A stretch of DNA of 56,371 bases, counting the filler, from Porpidia crustulata (lineage: Eukaryota): NCBI GenBank assembly GCA_964255105.1. It is 4 parts of 4 records of this genome, joined end to end, with 100 filler letters (N's around TTAATTAATTAA, not from the genome) between each part and the next. Parts side by side here need not be neighbours in the genome. Positions count along the whole stretch, not along the records: positions 14,125 to 28,147 come from CAXUWE010000400.1; positions 28,248 to 42,268 come from CAXUWE010000401.1; 2 more parts are not named here. One strand, given 5' to 3'. The translations under genes and the position numbers were made by a program. Shown here in pieces: positions 22,301-35,765 of this stretch (the first letter of the stretch is position 1; each line of letters begins with the position of its first letter). The notes under the pieces were generated by a model. The model was not told where the DNA came from, did no database searches, and worked only from the letters and a program-made list of their open reading frames with translations.

Positions 22301-25300
22301 ATATATGTAGAAACGATCACAGAGGTGGTGTTATGTGGTGCCGGGAAATCGTCCAATACCGCATCAAGCCCTGAGAAGCCAGCTTTTCGCAATGATGAGT
22401 CCCAAGCGTCCAGACTTTGGAAAGGAGCATCTACACGGCCATCAGGGATACCAGCCCAGTACCCTGTGAAGGTACCCACAACGACACCAGGTACAATAAA
22501 GTTCTGGTTGGTTTCGACCAAGACGAGCCTGCCTCCAGGCCTAAGGAGGTTTCGGCAGTTTGACAAAGTTTTGTGCATATTCGAGGTGGCGTGAAGGACC
22601 TGGCATGCAATGACGAGATCGTAAGCCTGCTCGTATCCTTGCTCTGCGGGTTCCACCTCGGTGTCAAAGACAGAAAAGCCTATATCGCGGAAATCGACTA
22701 GAGATTCACGGGCGGACGACAAGAAGCCTGCAGAAATGTCGGTAAATGTGTAGTCCCGATAGGCTTTGATGCCGTTGGAGCCGTTAAACGCCTTCATAGC
22801 GATGCGTGTCGCACCACCGGTACCACCACCAATCTCCAGAATGCGGAGATTGGGATTGGAGTGGGCAATGCCGTCCAGAACGTGGAAGAGCTGTGGGTAG
22901 ATACCAGTCATCAGAAGACCAGATTGATAGAGGGGCGTCAACAGCTTCTCGTTGATAATGACATCAACCCCAGTTCTGCGTTCATAGAGAATGTCGCTCA
23001 TGTTGTCATGTAGAAGCTTGGCTATCTTCACCTCCATGACATCGGGTGCCTGGCTGACCAACTCGTCAATCCCTTCGAGGAGACGTCCTTTGCTTGCGAG
23101 TTGTCTGGCCTCATCCATCAAGGCAGAGTGATCATTTTGACCCTTCCTCTTGATCCAAGCGAAGAAGTCGGCCACCTCGCCAGAAGGCTTGGGTCCATCT
23201 TTCAGCTTCCCGAAGGTTTCATACATACTATATACTACCAAGTTGGCTAGCTCAGTCATGACTCCCCATTTGGCCGATTTGTCGACGTTATCCTTTGGTG
23301 GAGGGTACATCTGGCGAGCTTGGCGATTGGTCAACGTGCGGACATCGGGTTTCCAAACCAGGCGCGTGTACGGACTGCTAAAGGTCTTGTCCGAGGACTT
23401 GGCCTCGGTGGAGTAGCTAATGCAGCGGAGGGTATCGACACTGAGCATCACCTCGCCATTCGAGCCCAGGATTTGCAGGTCAAGATAGGCAGCGCGAAGG
23501 CCACGTCTCTCTCCCCGAGCAAATACGGTGCATGTGACGCCCGTGATGTCGTTGGCGAGATACAAGTGCGAGAGCTGGACGGGCACAAAGGCGGTGCTGG
23601 CGTCGCCGGGCCGGCCTCCATGGGCGGCGACCAGTCCCAGCTGAATGGCGCCATCGAAAGATGCAGGATGCAGAGGATATTTGGACTCGCCGCCTCTGAT
23701 GACGCCGGCGGTGGTGTTCAGGGCCAGGTCAGCGGTAGCCAAGTGTCTTTGTGGATCGGTGCGGATGTTGGAGAGGGGCTGGAAGGCAGGGCCGTAGCCA
23801 AGACCAATGGCTGCGAACTTCTTGTACCAGGCACGTGCATCGGCTAGGCTCGGCATAGAACTAGCAGTAACATTGTCAATTCCTCCAAGGTTCCGCTTGA
23901 TATCAACATCATCAACATCCTCAGCCTCGACCTTGACCAGACCAGTACAGTGCTCTGACCATTCCCCCGTCTCACGTCCCACTGAGCTGATGGAGAATGT
24001 GGCCCATGCTGATGACTTGGCCGTCGCGGTGTCGACAAGCTCCATGCTCGTCAAAACCTCGACACCGTAGTCATCTTCCGGGATCGTCAAGCTGTTCTTG
24101 ATGGCTACATTGCGAAGCGAAAAGCCCTTGATCTTCAGCGCCTCTGGGAACTCGTTGTAGATGCATGCCGCAGCTTCAACTGCCATGGCCATGTATCCCG
24201 CACCCGGTAGCACCGCATCTATTCGCACCGAAGTCAATATGGATCATTCTTTCTCGGGAGCGAAAGAAAACACTCACCTGGCACTAGGCGATGATCGCTC
24301 AACCATGGTACGTCTTTCATGCGAAGAATGTTGCGCCACTGTGGTCGAAGCTTTGCATTGCCGACGACCTTGGAGCCCAGGAGGTCGTGTCTGGTAGTCG
24401 ACCGGAATCGGTACTCTTTGCTTGCTCGGCTCTCGTGATAATTCAACTCTCCATAAGTGTATTGGTATTGGGGCAGATCAATGCAGATGCAGCCATGCTC
24501 CAGACCTGTGCCGTCAATGTTGTCAACAGCGTTTACAGCAGCAAGGTCAACAGTTGCGTTCAAGCCAAATAGAGTCCCAGCAAGCTGCAGCATCGAGGCT
24601 CGGCTGTCTTGCTGTCTCTTCAATGTTGAATTATACGTGACAGTCTTGTCCTGACCCTTCAATATCTGCTCTAAAGGGCTTTTCAAGGTAGGATGAGGTC
24701 CAATTTCTACAATAGCATGGATCGGGACATCCTCCATACTCATGAGTCTTACAACGGCCTCTGAAAAGCGCACGGGAGACTCAAGATTGGCTCTCCAGTA
24801 TGAAGCCAAATCGTCGAGGTCGGCAGTACTCTTACTAGGTGTGACAGACGAAGCCCATGGTACCTGCGGATACCGCTGTTTCTCATCAGCCAGCCCATGT
24901 TTTTGGATGTGTTTAATCCCGTCGGTGAGCATTTTGATGTATTCGCGACCGAGAGGGAGCATGTGATGAGAATGATAGGCATTGCCATCGGTTTTGAGAG
25001 TTCGATTGAAGACGCTGTCTGCGGTCATGGCTGCGGAAATCTCTTCGATAGCTGCAACTTCTCCCGATAGAGTGACGCTGCCTTTGGAGTTTATGGCTGC
25101 CAACTTAACTCCATCTTCTTGGCCTTCTAAATATTTGGTTATTTGGTCGGGACCGAGACCCACAGCCAGCATGGCACCTTTTTGCTTATTTTTTGATACT
25201 GCCTGACCACGGAAGTATGCGGCTACGATGGTCTCGGCAGCTGTAGTACGACCTGAAGCATACGCCGCTGCCATTTCACCTGACGAGTGTCCAGCGACGC

Positions 25301-27460
25301 CCGAAGGTCGGATAGACCACGAAGCAAGAAGGTCGACAAGGCCAATTTGTACGGCTGTACATACGGCTTGAGAGACTTCAGCTGTCTGGATCAAAGCAGT
25401 ATCACAATTGCCAGAGAGAATGTCGTAGAGTGACCATGAAGGACCATTAGGGAGTGAGCCAAGGACATAGTCAAGGTACTGGATGGCTGTCCGGAACACG
25501 CGATACTCGGAAAGTTCAGCACCCATAGCGTGCCACTGAGCTCCTTGACCAGTGAAAATGAAACCCAGGTTGCTAGTTTGTAAAGGTGCTCTTACAGGCT
25601 TTCTATCAATCACGAGGCCTTGAGCGACATTGGCCTTGTCCACAACACGGAAAGATCGTTGCGCCAATCTCGAACGCCTGGCACCGAAGGTATATGCAAC
25701 GTCTGCTAACGAAAATTGGTCTATCACTTTGGATAATGCATCGATATTCAAATTCAGCGAGGTCTCGTTGTGGCCTGAGAGAGGCAGCAGTACCAATTGG
25801 CGTGTAGCCGCGGCCGTTGTGGCATTCAATTTCGGGCTCTCAACGATAGGACGGTGCTGTATTGATGTTCCATTCTGATTTCCATTCGTATGTCCATTTG
25901 TATAGCCAATTGTACGGCCATTTGCGTGGCCATTTGTGTGGCCATATGTGTGGCCGTTTGTATGGCCATTTGTCGTGCCGTTTGTTTCGTTGGCTGTGTT
26001 CTTGAAGATGCCAGGTGCCACATAGCCCGGAAGTACATTGTTGACATGGTCAAGGATGGCGTGTCCATTCGCACCACCATATCCGAACGAGTTTATACTT
26101 GCTCTCTGTAGTCCCTTTGGCCATGGGATAATTTCTGTCACAGGTTTGACCTTGGCCCCTTCGAAGTCGATATTAGGGTTCAACGTCTGGAGATCATATA
26201 CAGGGGGAATAGTTTTGTGCTCGAGGGAAAGCACAACCTTCATGATTGATGCCAGGGCGCTAGCACCCTCACCATGCCCTACGTTGCTCTTGATAGAACC
26301 AACCAGCAACGGATTTTCGGCGTCTCTCTCTGGTGCGAAGACCCTTCCTATAGCGGCCACTTCAATCGGATCTCCGACATATGTGCCTGTGCCGTGGCAT
26401 TCAAAATAAGTCGTATGTGCGAAAGGAAGATCACCAGCGTTTCTGTAAGCTTCGCGGATGACGGTTTCCTGGCCTGTGGCGCTAGGTCGTGTAATACCAC
26501 CCGTTCGGCCATTGGAATTGATGGCAGTTCCTCTGATCATTGCTCGAATGGGTGATTCATCGGCAATGGCCAAAGATAGTCTTTTCAGGTAGATGGCACA
26601 GTAACCCTCTCCACGGGCGTAACCTTCTGCTCTAGAGTCGAAGGTGTGGCATCTGGAAGATGCAGACAATGCGCCGAGTTTGTCGAGCGCAATTTGTGTT
26701 CCGGGATCCGCAATCCAATTAGCGGATGCGACAATTGCCGAGTCACAATCACCAGCGCGAATTGCGTTAACTGCTAGATGCAGAGCATACATGGATGATG
26801 AGCAGGCAGTGTCAACAGTGAGACTAAAGATCAAGTCAGCATTCTCTCGAGAGACGCAAAGACTGATTAATGGCGTACCTTGGCCCTTGAAGATTAAAGA
26901 TATAACTTATGCGATTTGCAAGAATGCTGGTTCCGGCACCAGTAAAGGCATATGGTCTCGGGTTATCCCAATCCCGAGACTGTATCATCCAATGATCGAG
27001 ACAAAAGTTACCGACGAAAACGCCTGTACGTGTGCCGGAAATGCTCTCCCACGTCTCGCCGCCGTTCTCCAAAGCCTCATATGTCACCTCGAGCAGCTTC
27101 CGCTGCGACGGGTCCATTGTCTGCACCTCGAGGGCGGTCATGCCGAAGAAGGAGTGATCGAACATTCGAGCGTCTTTCCCGGCCAGAAATGCGCCCCGCA
27201 TAGCCATGGTGCCCGGGCGCTCCGTGTTGGGGTGGTGGAAACCACGGGTTGAGAAGATGGGGTCGTCGAACTCGCGCCAGCCGTCGACACTGTCCTTGAG
27301 GAACTCCCACAGCTCGGGCGCGTTGCGGACACCGCCGGGCCATCGACATCCTGAACGAGACACGCTTCAGCATCAAGTTTTGTCTGGCCTAAGCAAGGAT
27401 GGGATTTGTCTTACCCATGCCGACAATAGCTACAGGCTCGTGCTGGTCTTGAGCCGCCAT
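19399..27460 (-). CDS. Highly reducing iterative type I polyketide synthase, KS-AT-DH-cMT-ER-KR-ACP, 4 exons, ~2,627 aa
   Basis: Start MAAQDQHEPVAIVGMGCRWPG; introns 27351-27414, 26824-26878, 24219-24277 give a 7,884-nt open frame. KS DTACSS/HGTGT/NVGH; AT GHSSG/AYHS; DH HRLVPDAVLP; cMT LEIGGGTGG; ER-like region; KR GALGGLG..YTAAN; ACP GVDSL. Confidence 0.95.
25880..25990 (-). repeat. Degenerate 12-bp coding tandem repeat (TNGH-like units) in the PKS KS-AT linker
   Basis: Encodes TNGTTNGHTNGHTYGHTNGHANGRTIGYTNGHTNGN. Confidence 0.8.
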
Positions 27461-28147
27461 GATAGGTCCTGCGCGTTTGAAATGAAAATGCTGGAGGTGA
27501 GTTTGTTGGGTTATTATGCATATATCATGATGTACTAATGTATATATATATGAACAACAGATTTAGGCGCGCAAATCCAGCGCGCTTCTGAGCTCCTAAT
27601 GGTATTTTATATACAAATAAGTAACTGCGTATCTTATTAACGTTACTAAATAGCGAAATACAAAATCGACAATCAAGGGAAGTCTAATGATGATCAAGAC
27701 GTTTATCCTGCTACGACCGGCACCGGGGGCACATGTTCACCCGGATTAGGAAGTTGGGGGGATTGAGCCACCATCCGAAGTACTAAGTCGTTGGACCTAG
27801 CCCATGTGCTACTAGATATATCGGATGTTTAGTCCTAACATATCCGATTATATAGATGAGGCAGAAAAAGTACCGACACAAGAAACTAACAAATTGCATA
27901 GTTAAACTATAGTCCTATATTAAATAAATGAAATACTAATCGTATATCTCCTTTGCATATTCGTACATCTCCTTTTGCATACTCGTTTACCCCCCATATG
28001 GGGTTTAGCGCTACCCCAATAAAGCTTAGTACTAGGGTTATAACCCTTTTCCTTATTGAATCGCTTCCCGATTTGAACATGTTCTAGCGCGTATGACAGC
28101 ACAAGGGGTGAAGCATAAGAAAACAGCGGAGCAGGTGGGGGAGGGAG

Positions 28148-28247
28148 NNNNNNNNNNNNNNNNNNNNNNNNNNNNNNNNNNNNNNNNNNNNTTAATTAAT
28201 TAANNNNNNNNNNNNNNNNNNNNNNNNNNNNNNNNNNNNNNNNNNNN
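28148..28247. other. Artificial contig-joining spacer
   Basis: N44-TTAATTAATTAA-N44. Confidence 0.98.
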
Positions 28248-29816
28248 GGATGGTGGTGGCGAGGGCCCTGTTTTGTGGGACGGATGGTTAGGAGGAATGG
28301 GGAGGGTGAGTGAGGGAATTGGAGGAGAAAGAGACTTACCAGATGTCGGAGTGGGAGCCGTGGAGTTCATCGGGTTTGAGGGGGCGGTTGATGCGGGAGG
28401 CTTCGACGGTCATGACTTCGGGGGCCATGTAGCTGGCAAGGAGGGTTAGATGATGGAGACTTGAGTGGATTTCTCCGGCAGGGACACTTACTTCTGGGTG
28501 CCGTAGCGGAACGTGCTTTTAAAGGATTGGACCGAATGCAGGGGACCGCCGAGGGTGTAGCTTAGACCTTTGGGGTGTCAGTGAAGTTTTATTAAATTCT
28601 ACCAGATCGATTGGAGGGATTCCAAGGGGAGAGACCCAAAACAATCGAATTGAGAATTAACAAGAACAAAACCCTACCAAAATCCGCCAACTTCAATACC
28701 GGATACAATGCATTCTCCGCGGGATCCGGCTCCGCCAGCAGCATATTCTCAGGCTTCATATCCCCATGCACGATCTGATCCCACCCCTGGATCGGCGCGT
28801 GAGGATTCGGATTATTGGTCCCATGGCGGCAGTAGCACAAGGCGTTCAGAATGCTGTAGAAGCAATGCCACAGAAACGCTTCGGGGAATATCAGCCTAGG
28901 GGGGAGTTGTGATCAGTGATGTTGTACAGGTGGGTTTGGAGCCGATTCCATACCCGTGCTTCTTGTAGAAGGTACATAACCGCTCCAAGTCCCCGTGCTC
29001 CGCGACCTCATACGCGATGCGGAAAAAGGGCTCGCGCTTGACGTCGGGTTGGATCAAAGCTGCGACCTCGTCAGCAGGTTGTTTACCTTCACAGACTCTG
29101 ACGCTTCACCCCAATCTAAAACCTTAATCACATTCTTACACCCCACATCATTCAGCCGCCGCGTGATCTGAGCCTCGGAGCAATACGTATTGAAAAACGG
29201 CGACGTCTTCGTATCTTTGGTCGCCAGCACCAGTGGCTACCCAACCATCAACACTGACCTAACCTACCGCCGCATAGACACATACCGGCTTCCCCCTCCT
29301 CAGCTTCTGCCACAGAACCACCGACCCATAACCTCCCTTCCCCAGCAATCGCCCAGGCCGCCACGCTCTCCGCCTCGCGCCGCTTTCCGCAGCCGCGGCG
29401 TCCTGCTTCAATATCGCTTGGATGGGCGACCGGACGCCGTTCGGGTCGGGAAAACTGGTCGAATCCCCGCGGGGCAGGTTCATGTAGTACTGCACGACAT
29501 CCTCTCGAAGCCGGCCGCTGAGCACGAAGCGTCTGAGTTGGAGCTTGAATCCCAAGGGGATACCTTTGGCGTTTTGGCCGGGCCGCAGCCCCCATTGCGC
29601 GAGTTCTCGAGGGGATGCGTCGGCAAGTAGTTTGTCGATTTGCTGCTCCAGTGCTTCCGAGTTGGCTCTGCCGGAAGATATGCGCCTGCGGGGCTGTCTG
29701 TTAATGTATGCGGTATTGTCTCTTCCCGTGGCTTCGTTGACAGCGGAGAGATTGTTGAAATCGTAAAATCCGGCTGGATCCTCAAAGGATCGAGATTGCG
29801 GAGGAAAATCCGCCAT
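28248..29816 (-). CDS. Ser/Thr protein kinase (non-RD), multi-exon, 3' end cut off by contig start
   Basis: G-loop LLGKGGYGSV, LATKD, catalytic loop IVHGDMKPENMLL, KLADFG, YMAPEV, SDIW, spread over short exons with GT-AG introns. Start MADFPPQ is inferred. Confidence 0.85.
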
Positions 29817-30081
29817 GTTGTCGACCTCTGAATTGGCAATAGGAAGGCAGTGCACCTCTCTACCGCATTGCTATTATCCGAGTGTGTCAATGTTCTGGAC
29901 CTGAGGCTATGTGCCGGATGCGGCGTGAATTAATAGCGCAAGACAAATGCAGCGGCGGAAAGATGAACCAGGCATTGGAACAATCACATAATGAAAAGCT
30001 GGATAAGGTTCGTAGAGCTCCAATGATCCTCATTTTCTATAATAAGTCTATCATAATCGTAGTGAAACAATACACCGAGGC

Positions 30082-31518
30082 TTAGAATCTTCTAACAAGC
30101 TCAGCAGGCTTGTTCTTCAGGATCTCTTCAATCTCGGCCATAATCTCATCAGTCAGCTTCGGTACAACGTCCAAAGCCTTTACGCTCTTGTAGATCTGGT
30201 CAACCCTCGAGGCACCAGTAATCGCGCTGGCTACATTGGGGTTCTTGAGGACCCAAGCCATGGCTAAACCGGCTTGGTCTGTACCGAGTTTCTTGGCAAT
30301 GGGCTATGAGGAATGTCAGCGTTGAGTCTACCTTAGCCGTGGAATGTGACTGCGAACCTCCAATTTTCGGACTTTTTCAATCTCAGCCTTCCAGTTCTCA
30401 TTGCCAAAATTCTTTCGCATGCTCTATTTGGGTTCAACAGTCGCTTCTACTCAAATTCTGCGGAGGTCCTTACTTCAATGTAATTGTCTTTACTCTTACC
30501 CAACCGACTGTCTTCAGGAATTCCATCATTGTATTTGCCAGTGAGAATCCCACCTTTCAGTGGGCTCCATATTGTAGTCGATATACCGTAATTCTCGTAC
30601 AGTAATACGTAGTCCTTCTCAACTCGTTCGCGCGCAAGCATGTTGTATTGCGGTTGTTCCCTGCAGACGTTCAGCACTCAAGCACTTCACCAAGCTAGAC
30701 AAAAACCCCACTAACATAATCGGACCGATCATGTTCAACTTATTGGCAACTGCCCATGCCATTGCGATTTCTTCAGGGTTCCATTCGCTAGTTCCCCAGT
30801 AGAACGCTTTGCCAGTATCGATTAGATAGTTGAATGCTCGCACGGTCTCTTCGATCGGGGTGTTTCTGTCAGGTCGGTGCGCGTAGAGGAGGTCCACTAG
30901 TACTGTCAGCCTAGATTGTAACTCATGAATCAATCCACCTCACCATAGTCGAGCTGTAGTCGCTTCAGAGCTGCGTTGGTGCCCTCTATAAGATGCTTTC
31001 TCGACAGCCCTCCGTTGTTCACTGCTATCGTGAGCATTTCAACGAGGTTCCGTGCTTCAAGATGACAAACCTGGATTATCACCAAAGGCTGATCCCCAGT
31101 TTATCTTAGTTGACACCACCTGAGTATTGTTAGCCTCTGTTCACTTTGCCGAAACTTAATATTCCGTACAATATCGTTACGCTTCCACCCGAACTTTTTG
31201 ATAGCGTCGCCCATGACTTTTTCAGACTCTCCGCCAGCGTAACCCTCGGCGCAGTCGAAGAAGTTGATGCCGACATCGTAGGCTGCTTTCATGCAAGAGA
31301 ATGTACTCTCTTCAATCTACCCGTAAATATCTTCCTTTGGCACGGTATATGTAACTGACCATTCTCGACATGACCTCCTACTTCTCGTTAGTTGTGATCT
31401 AGCAAACAAAATCTGACGAACCATAAGTAAGCCATCCACCCAACGAGATCTCCGAGACTTGGAGTCCTGAACGGCCGAGGAACCTGTACTTCATCTTGGG
31501 AAGCGATTCGGATGCCAT
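30082..31518 (-). CDS. Aldo-keto reductase, Kv-beta (voltage-gated K+ channel beta subunit)-like, multi-exon
   Basis: [99 protein letters not shown]. Confidence 0.92.
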
Positions 31519-32147
31519 TATTGGAGGAAGTTTAAATTATGAGATGCTGGTTGTCTGGTAGGGTTGAGAATTTGCAGTATGGTTTGAGAGTAAACAGAAT
31601 TGTGTGCGTGGGATTAATTTCTTAATGGCTTTCTGCTTTTTATCATGGAGGTAAAACCCCACTCGCGCGGGGCCACGCCCATCACGCCCTGGCGTAAAGC
31701 AAAAGCTTTCCGTGCAGCGTCATAGCTTTGTCAGGAACAATTGTTTCTACTCGACGGTCTGTTCAACGGGTAGACGCCATGATCAAATCGGGCGGAACCG
31801 CTTAGCCCAAAGAGGAAAGTCGCTGACTTCCTATCTCCGGAGCGAATTATCTCCGCAGCAAATCCGCCCTGCCCTTGCATGGTGAAAAAAATCATTCTTC
31901 ACCAGCGTTCAGACAGGTTCTTTGGATTAGTTCACGGAGATCAAGACGAAATCAAAGGCATCCCTCAAGTTCCCGCATAACCATCCTTGAACCCTCGTGG
32001 GGGACCTGTCTATGTATTGGGCTGTCGTGGTAGTCATGAGGCTATGTATGTATAAACGATGAGAGAAAAGTCAATCTCTGGAAAATGTGCAACTGTCAGC
32101 TTCTAGAATCAAAATAGAGGTCATGTATCTCCGGTGTCCAAATTCCG

Positions 32148-34521
32148 TCATTGCTTGGAGCGGTAGCCTTGTTCCGCAGCATAGTCGGGATTTGCATGAT
32201 GAACGTTCTCTACTCCCATCGCTCGATTCTTCTCTGCTCCGTTAGAGATCACGCTCGCTTGCCGGGCTCGGTGTTCCTCTGTTTCTTCGTAGTTGATAAG
32301 TAGCTCGCCGTGCTTACCTGGATACACATCAGCATCTGCCTCTCTAAACGACCAAGCACAAATGGATATTCGCACCATATCTCTGAGGCTCATCACGAGC
32401 TACCTTGATCACGGTGAACCACCCCTTCCAGCCGTGAACTTTGCGGAAGATAGTGTCCATTTCTTCCAGCGAACGATAAGCCGTTTCAGGGTAGAAAAAC
32501 CAGACTGGGTTGAATTAGCTGTGTTCAGAGATCCTCATGAATCGCTCAAGCTCGAAGTGCACTACAATTACTCACCAGAAGGGAAGATAAAGGCATTACT
32601 AAGACTGTTAGCCAGGTCATCGGTCATTTCAGGGGCATGACCTACATGACAGCAAAGATGATATAAGTTTGGTAACCGATTGAAGAGAAAGCAACGGGCG
32701 TGATCATCACTACCATGAAATTGAAGGCCTAATTACATGGATTAATTCAGCTTCGACAAGATCATATGAATAATTGCCGAAACATACCCAATTAGCTGAA
32801 GTCGACAGTGCATTGGCAGGGGCTCGGATCCTAAGAGGTACAATCTATGCGTGTCAGCCATGATTCAGTAATCTCATCTTGGGGCTTTTATTCACCTCTG
32901 CTGGATAGAGCCACGTCATTCCAAGCCATCCAACTGCAAAGAATGTGTTGAACACAAAGAGGAACAGAGCAGCAACAATTCCTGGACCTTTGCCACCTAT
33001 GCTTGTCTATACGAACGTTAGTCTCTTCCTTAGACGTTTAAGCCCAACAGCCACTCACCATAATCGCTAATATCACCATAGAGAAAGCTTGTCCCGCTGC
33101 TCCAAAAAGCATCAGCTGACGACGGCCAAACTTCTCGATTGTGAAAACGGCGATCCACGAAGCTAGGAAGTACTCTAAAGACCTAATCAGTGTGCAAGAG
33201 CAGGAGTCATCAGGCTTCTACTCGGGCTACGTACCTGTGCCATTAGCAGCTGCTAGTATCCGTGAGGTGAATGGATCTAGTAAAATCTCATTTTGATAAA
33301 TCGACGCCGCATAGTACGTAATTAAATTGATGCCTGATACTTGTTGATATACCTGATTCACATAGCCTAACACAACTCGGTGGAAGTGTCGATCTGGGCC
33401 CATTGTGAAGAGGTCCGAGAATTTTCCCTGCCAACACTTTAGTAAAACCACTCCATCTAGTAAATCCACTCAAATTCGCCGGCTGTGAAGGTACCTTGGC
33501 CATTTCCAAGACGGTGTCTTTGATTGCAGTGAATTCAGCAAACACTCTCGGATCATCACTTGGTAGGTCGCTCAACGCTCCTAAAACTGATATTGCTTCG
33601 TCTTCCTTGCCTACGTTATGTCAGCTCTCAACAAATATAATTTTCGTACTCTTTCGCCGAGTAATTGAATCTTGCCTTTTAAGATCAACCATCTAGGCGA
33701 TTCCGGTAGTTCCATTATCAAAAGCAGAATGAGCAACGCGAATACAATCTGGAAGGCAACCGGGAATCTCCAAGAGATTGTGCTCGGTTCGAGGAACGAG
33801 AATCCGAACTATCGGTATTTCGGTTGTCAGCATTGAGTCGTTTGCTTGTGAGATTGGCCTGCATGTAATTATGACAGAGATATAAGGGGAATGAAAGATT
33901 CGATATCCACTGAGATGTGTCATGCAGGCAGGACGTTGAGAGAATCAGAATAGCTCAGGAAATACGTACATCAAGCCAGTAACTGATGCAAATTCCACCT
34001 GTAATAAGGGCACCCTCGATCATGACCAGCATTCCCCTCCTATGTGATTTGGAGCATTCAGATTGCCATGTTGGTCCGGTAGACGTATTTAATCCATTAC
34101 CAAAACCAGTGACAAGCCTCCCAGTGATCAATTGCGCTAGCGTAAACGAAGAGCATTGCAACGCTGCACCAACAACCATGATTGATGAACCAAGGAAGAT
34201 GGTCTTTCGACGTCCAAGCATATCTCCTATCCAAATGGTGGTGACAGCGCCAAAGAAACATCCCACGTTATAGGATGCTACCGAGATGCCCTGAATCGTA
34301 GACCTGTGATTCATTTGGTTCTGTGTCAGGCCTTGCGCCATTTCCGTGGCGGGCCTGATATCGATTTCTGGAAAGACCCCGACGAACGACGGCAAGGACA
34401 AGAGGGCGCCCATTACCCCCTGATCATATCCGAAGAGCAGAAAATCTAGGCCAGCCACAATTGCAATTGCAATGTTGAGCTTCTTACCCGTGAGGCCATA
34501 GTATCGAGATTTGCCGAACAT
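32148..34521 (-). CDS. MFS sugar porter, STL1-like (glycerol/polyol:H+ symporter group), intron-rich
   Basis: LFGYDQGVMG, D.LGRR, PTWQSECS, PESPRWL, QQVSGINLITYY, PET.YRSLEEMD motifs across about ten exons. Confidence 0.9.
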
Positions 34522-35765
34522 GATGATGAACGGCTTGGGAATATCGCGTACGACGTAGGAGCTATGAGAGACCAGAGTTAATCAACGTCAGTATCTTCCC
34601 TATCTCTTCCTGAAAAGTACGTCTATATATATATGATTATATGAACCATGAAGAAACGGTATGGCATACCCCGACTATGTGACAGACGGTGAGTCCTAAG
34701 ACATCGGCCATGGAACCCCGCATGCGGGGGATGCAGGGGAGTTTCCATGCAGCAGAAGCTACCGTTACTCTAGAAGGTTGATGTTAGTGGGCAATCGAAA
34801 GTAAACGGAAGGTTGATCGTCAGAAGTTTCAGGTGCTCGGGGTAGATCGAGGCGAGCAAGAGCGTTGACGTGTAGATGTCTCATCAAGCCGCCGTCTAGG
34901 AACTTTCCGTCTCCCAGGGTGTTGTCAATCAGGATGCCTTGGATGCCAACGAAAGATGCGTGGGTGCGTGGCTACCCACCGTGCCACCGGCGCCCACCAT
35001 TTACAATCTTAATCTTTAGATATGTATGTATGAAGTTTGTACAACCCTTTCGACTACGCTGCCGGTGTTGAACACAATGCGAACGCATTTTTTCTTTGCT
35101 GTTCCACTATCAATAATTGACTTCAACACCCAGAAAGTGCGGAGCGGAGCTAAACCGTGACCCAACTCAGATGTGGGACCGGTCAAGCCGGGAACGAGTC
35201 ATAAAACACAATCTTCTTCATAGCTTACGTTCACTAGGTACAGCGCACCACTGCAGATCAAGAACGAAGTACATCATTCCCAGGCGTTTGAAGCAATCAA
35301 GGAAGATACACCGGCCTGACACCACATTAAGTCACCCTCAACATGTTCCTTAGCATTCATGTGATGAAAACCATCGCTGTCAGCAATTATGAAACACCAC
35401 AACGTGGAGTTCCTGTGTAAGGCTCTCGGTGTTAGGAGTTAACATAGACATAGTGGATTGGCAAAGATACCTCTTCGTAAAATCTCCTAATAAGGAAGGA
35501 CAGTCGAGCCATCAGATGCCAAAAGTGAGTATCGTCAGATACCAATTGTATCTATGAGGCGAACCGTCTCGTGGATTTTAATAGTCAGAGCCCTTCAGAA
35601 ACTAAATGCAAAGCGTTTTGATTGTTCCGGCCAAGTTGGCTCACTGTCAATCGGGCATCTATCTAGCAGACACATTTCGAACCAGACTGGAAGGTATGGC
35701 AACTTCCGTCAACTATTGCGACACAGCGAAAGGGTGCTGAAAAGTACTATCTTGAAGAACCATGT

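Noticed and set aside
25880..25990. TNGH repeat as a novel PKS domain
   Set aside because: Such low-complexity NG-rich linkers are common in fungal PKSs.
19436..27538. Many plus-strand ORFs overlapping the PKS (likewise antisense ORFs over other genes)
   Set aside because: Shadow frames of codon-biased genes with no independent motifs.
27700..28147. CGG/CCG motifs and an AT-rich 60-aa ORF upstream of the PKS
   Set aside because: Could be Zn2Cys6 sites or a mutated repeat remnant, but too short and degenerate to support either call.
19399..34521. PKS + kinase + reductase + transporter as one biosynthetic cluster
   Set aside because: The spacer at 28148-28247 separates them onto different contigs.
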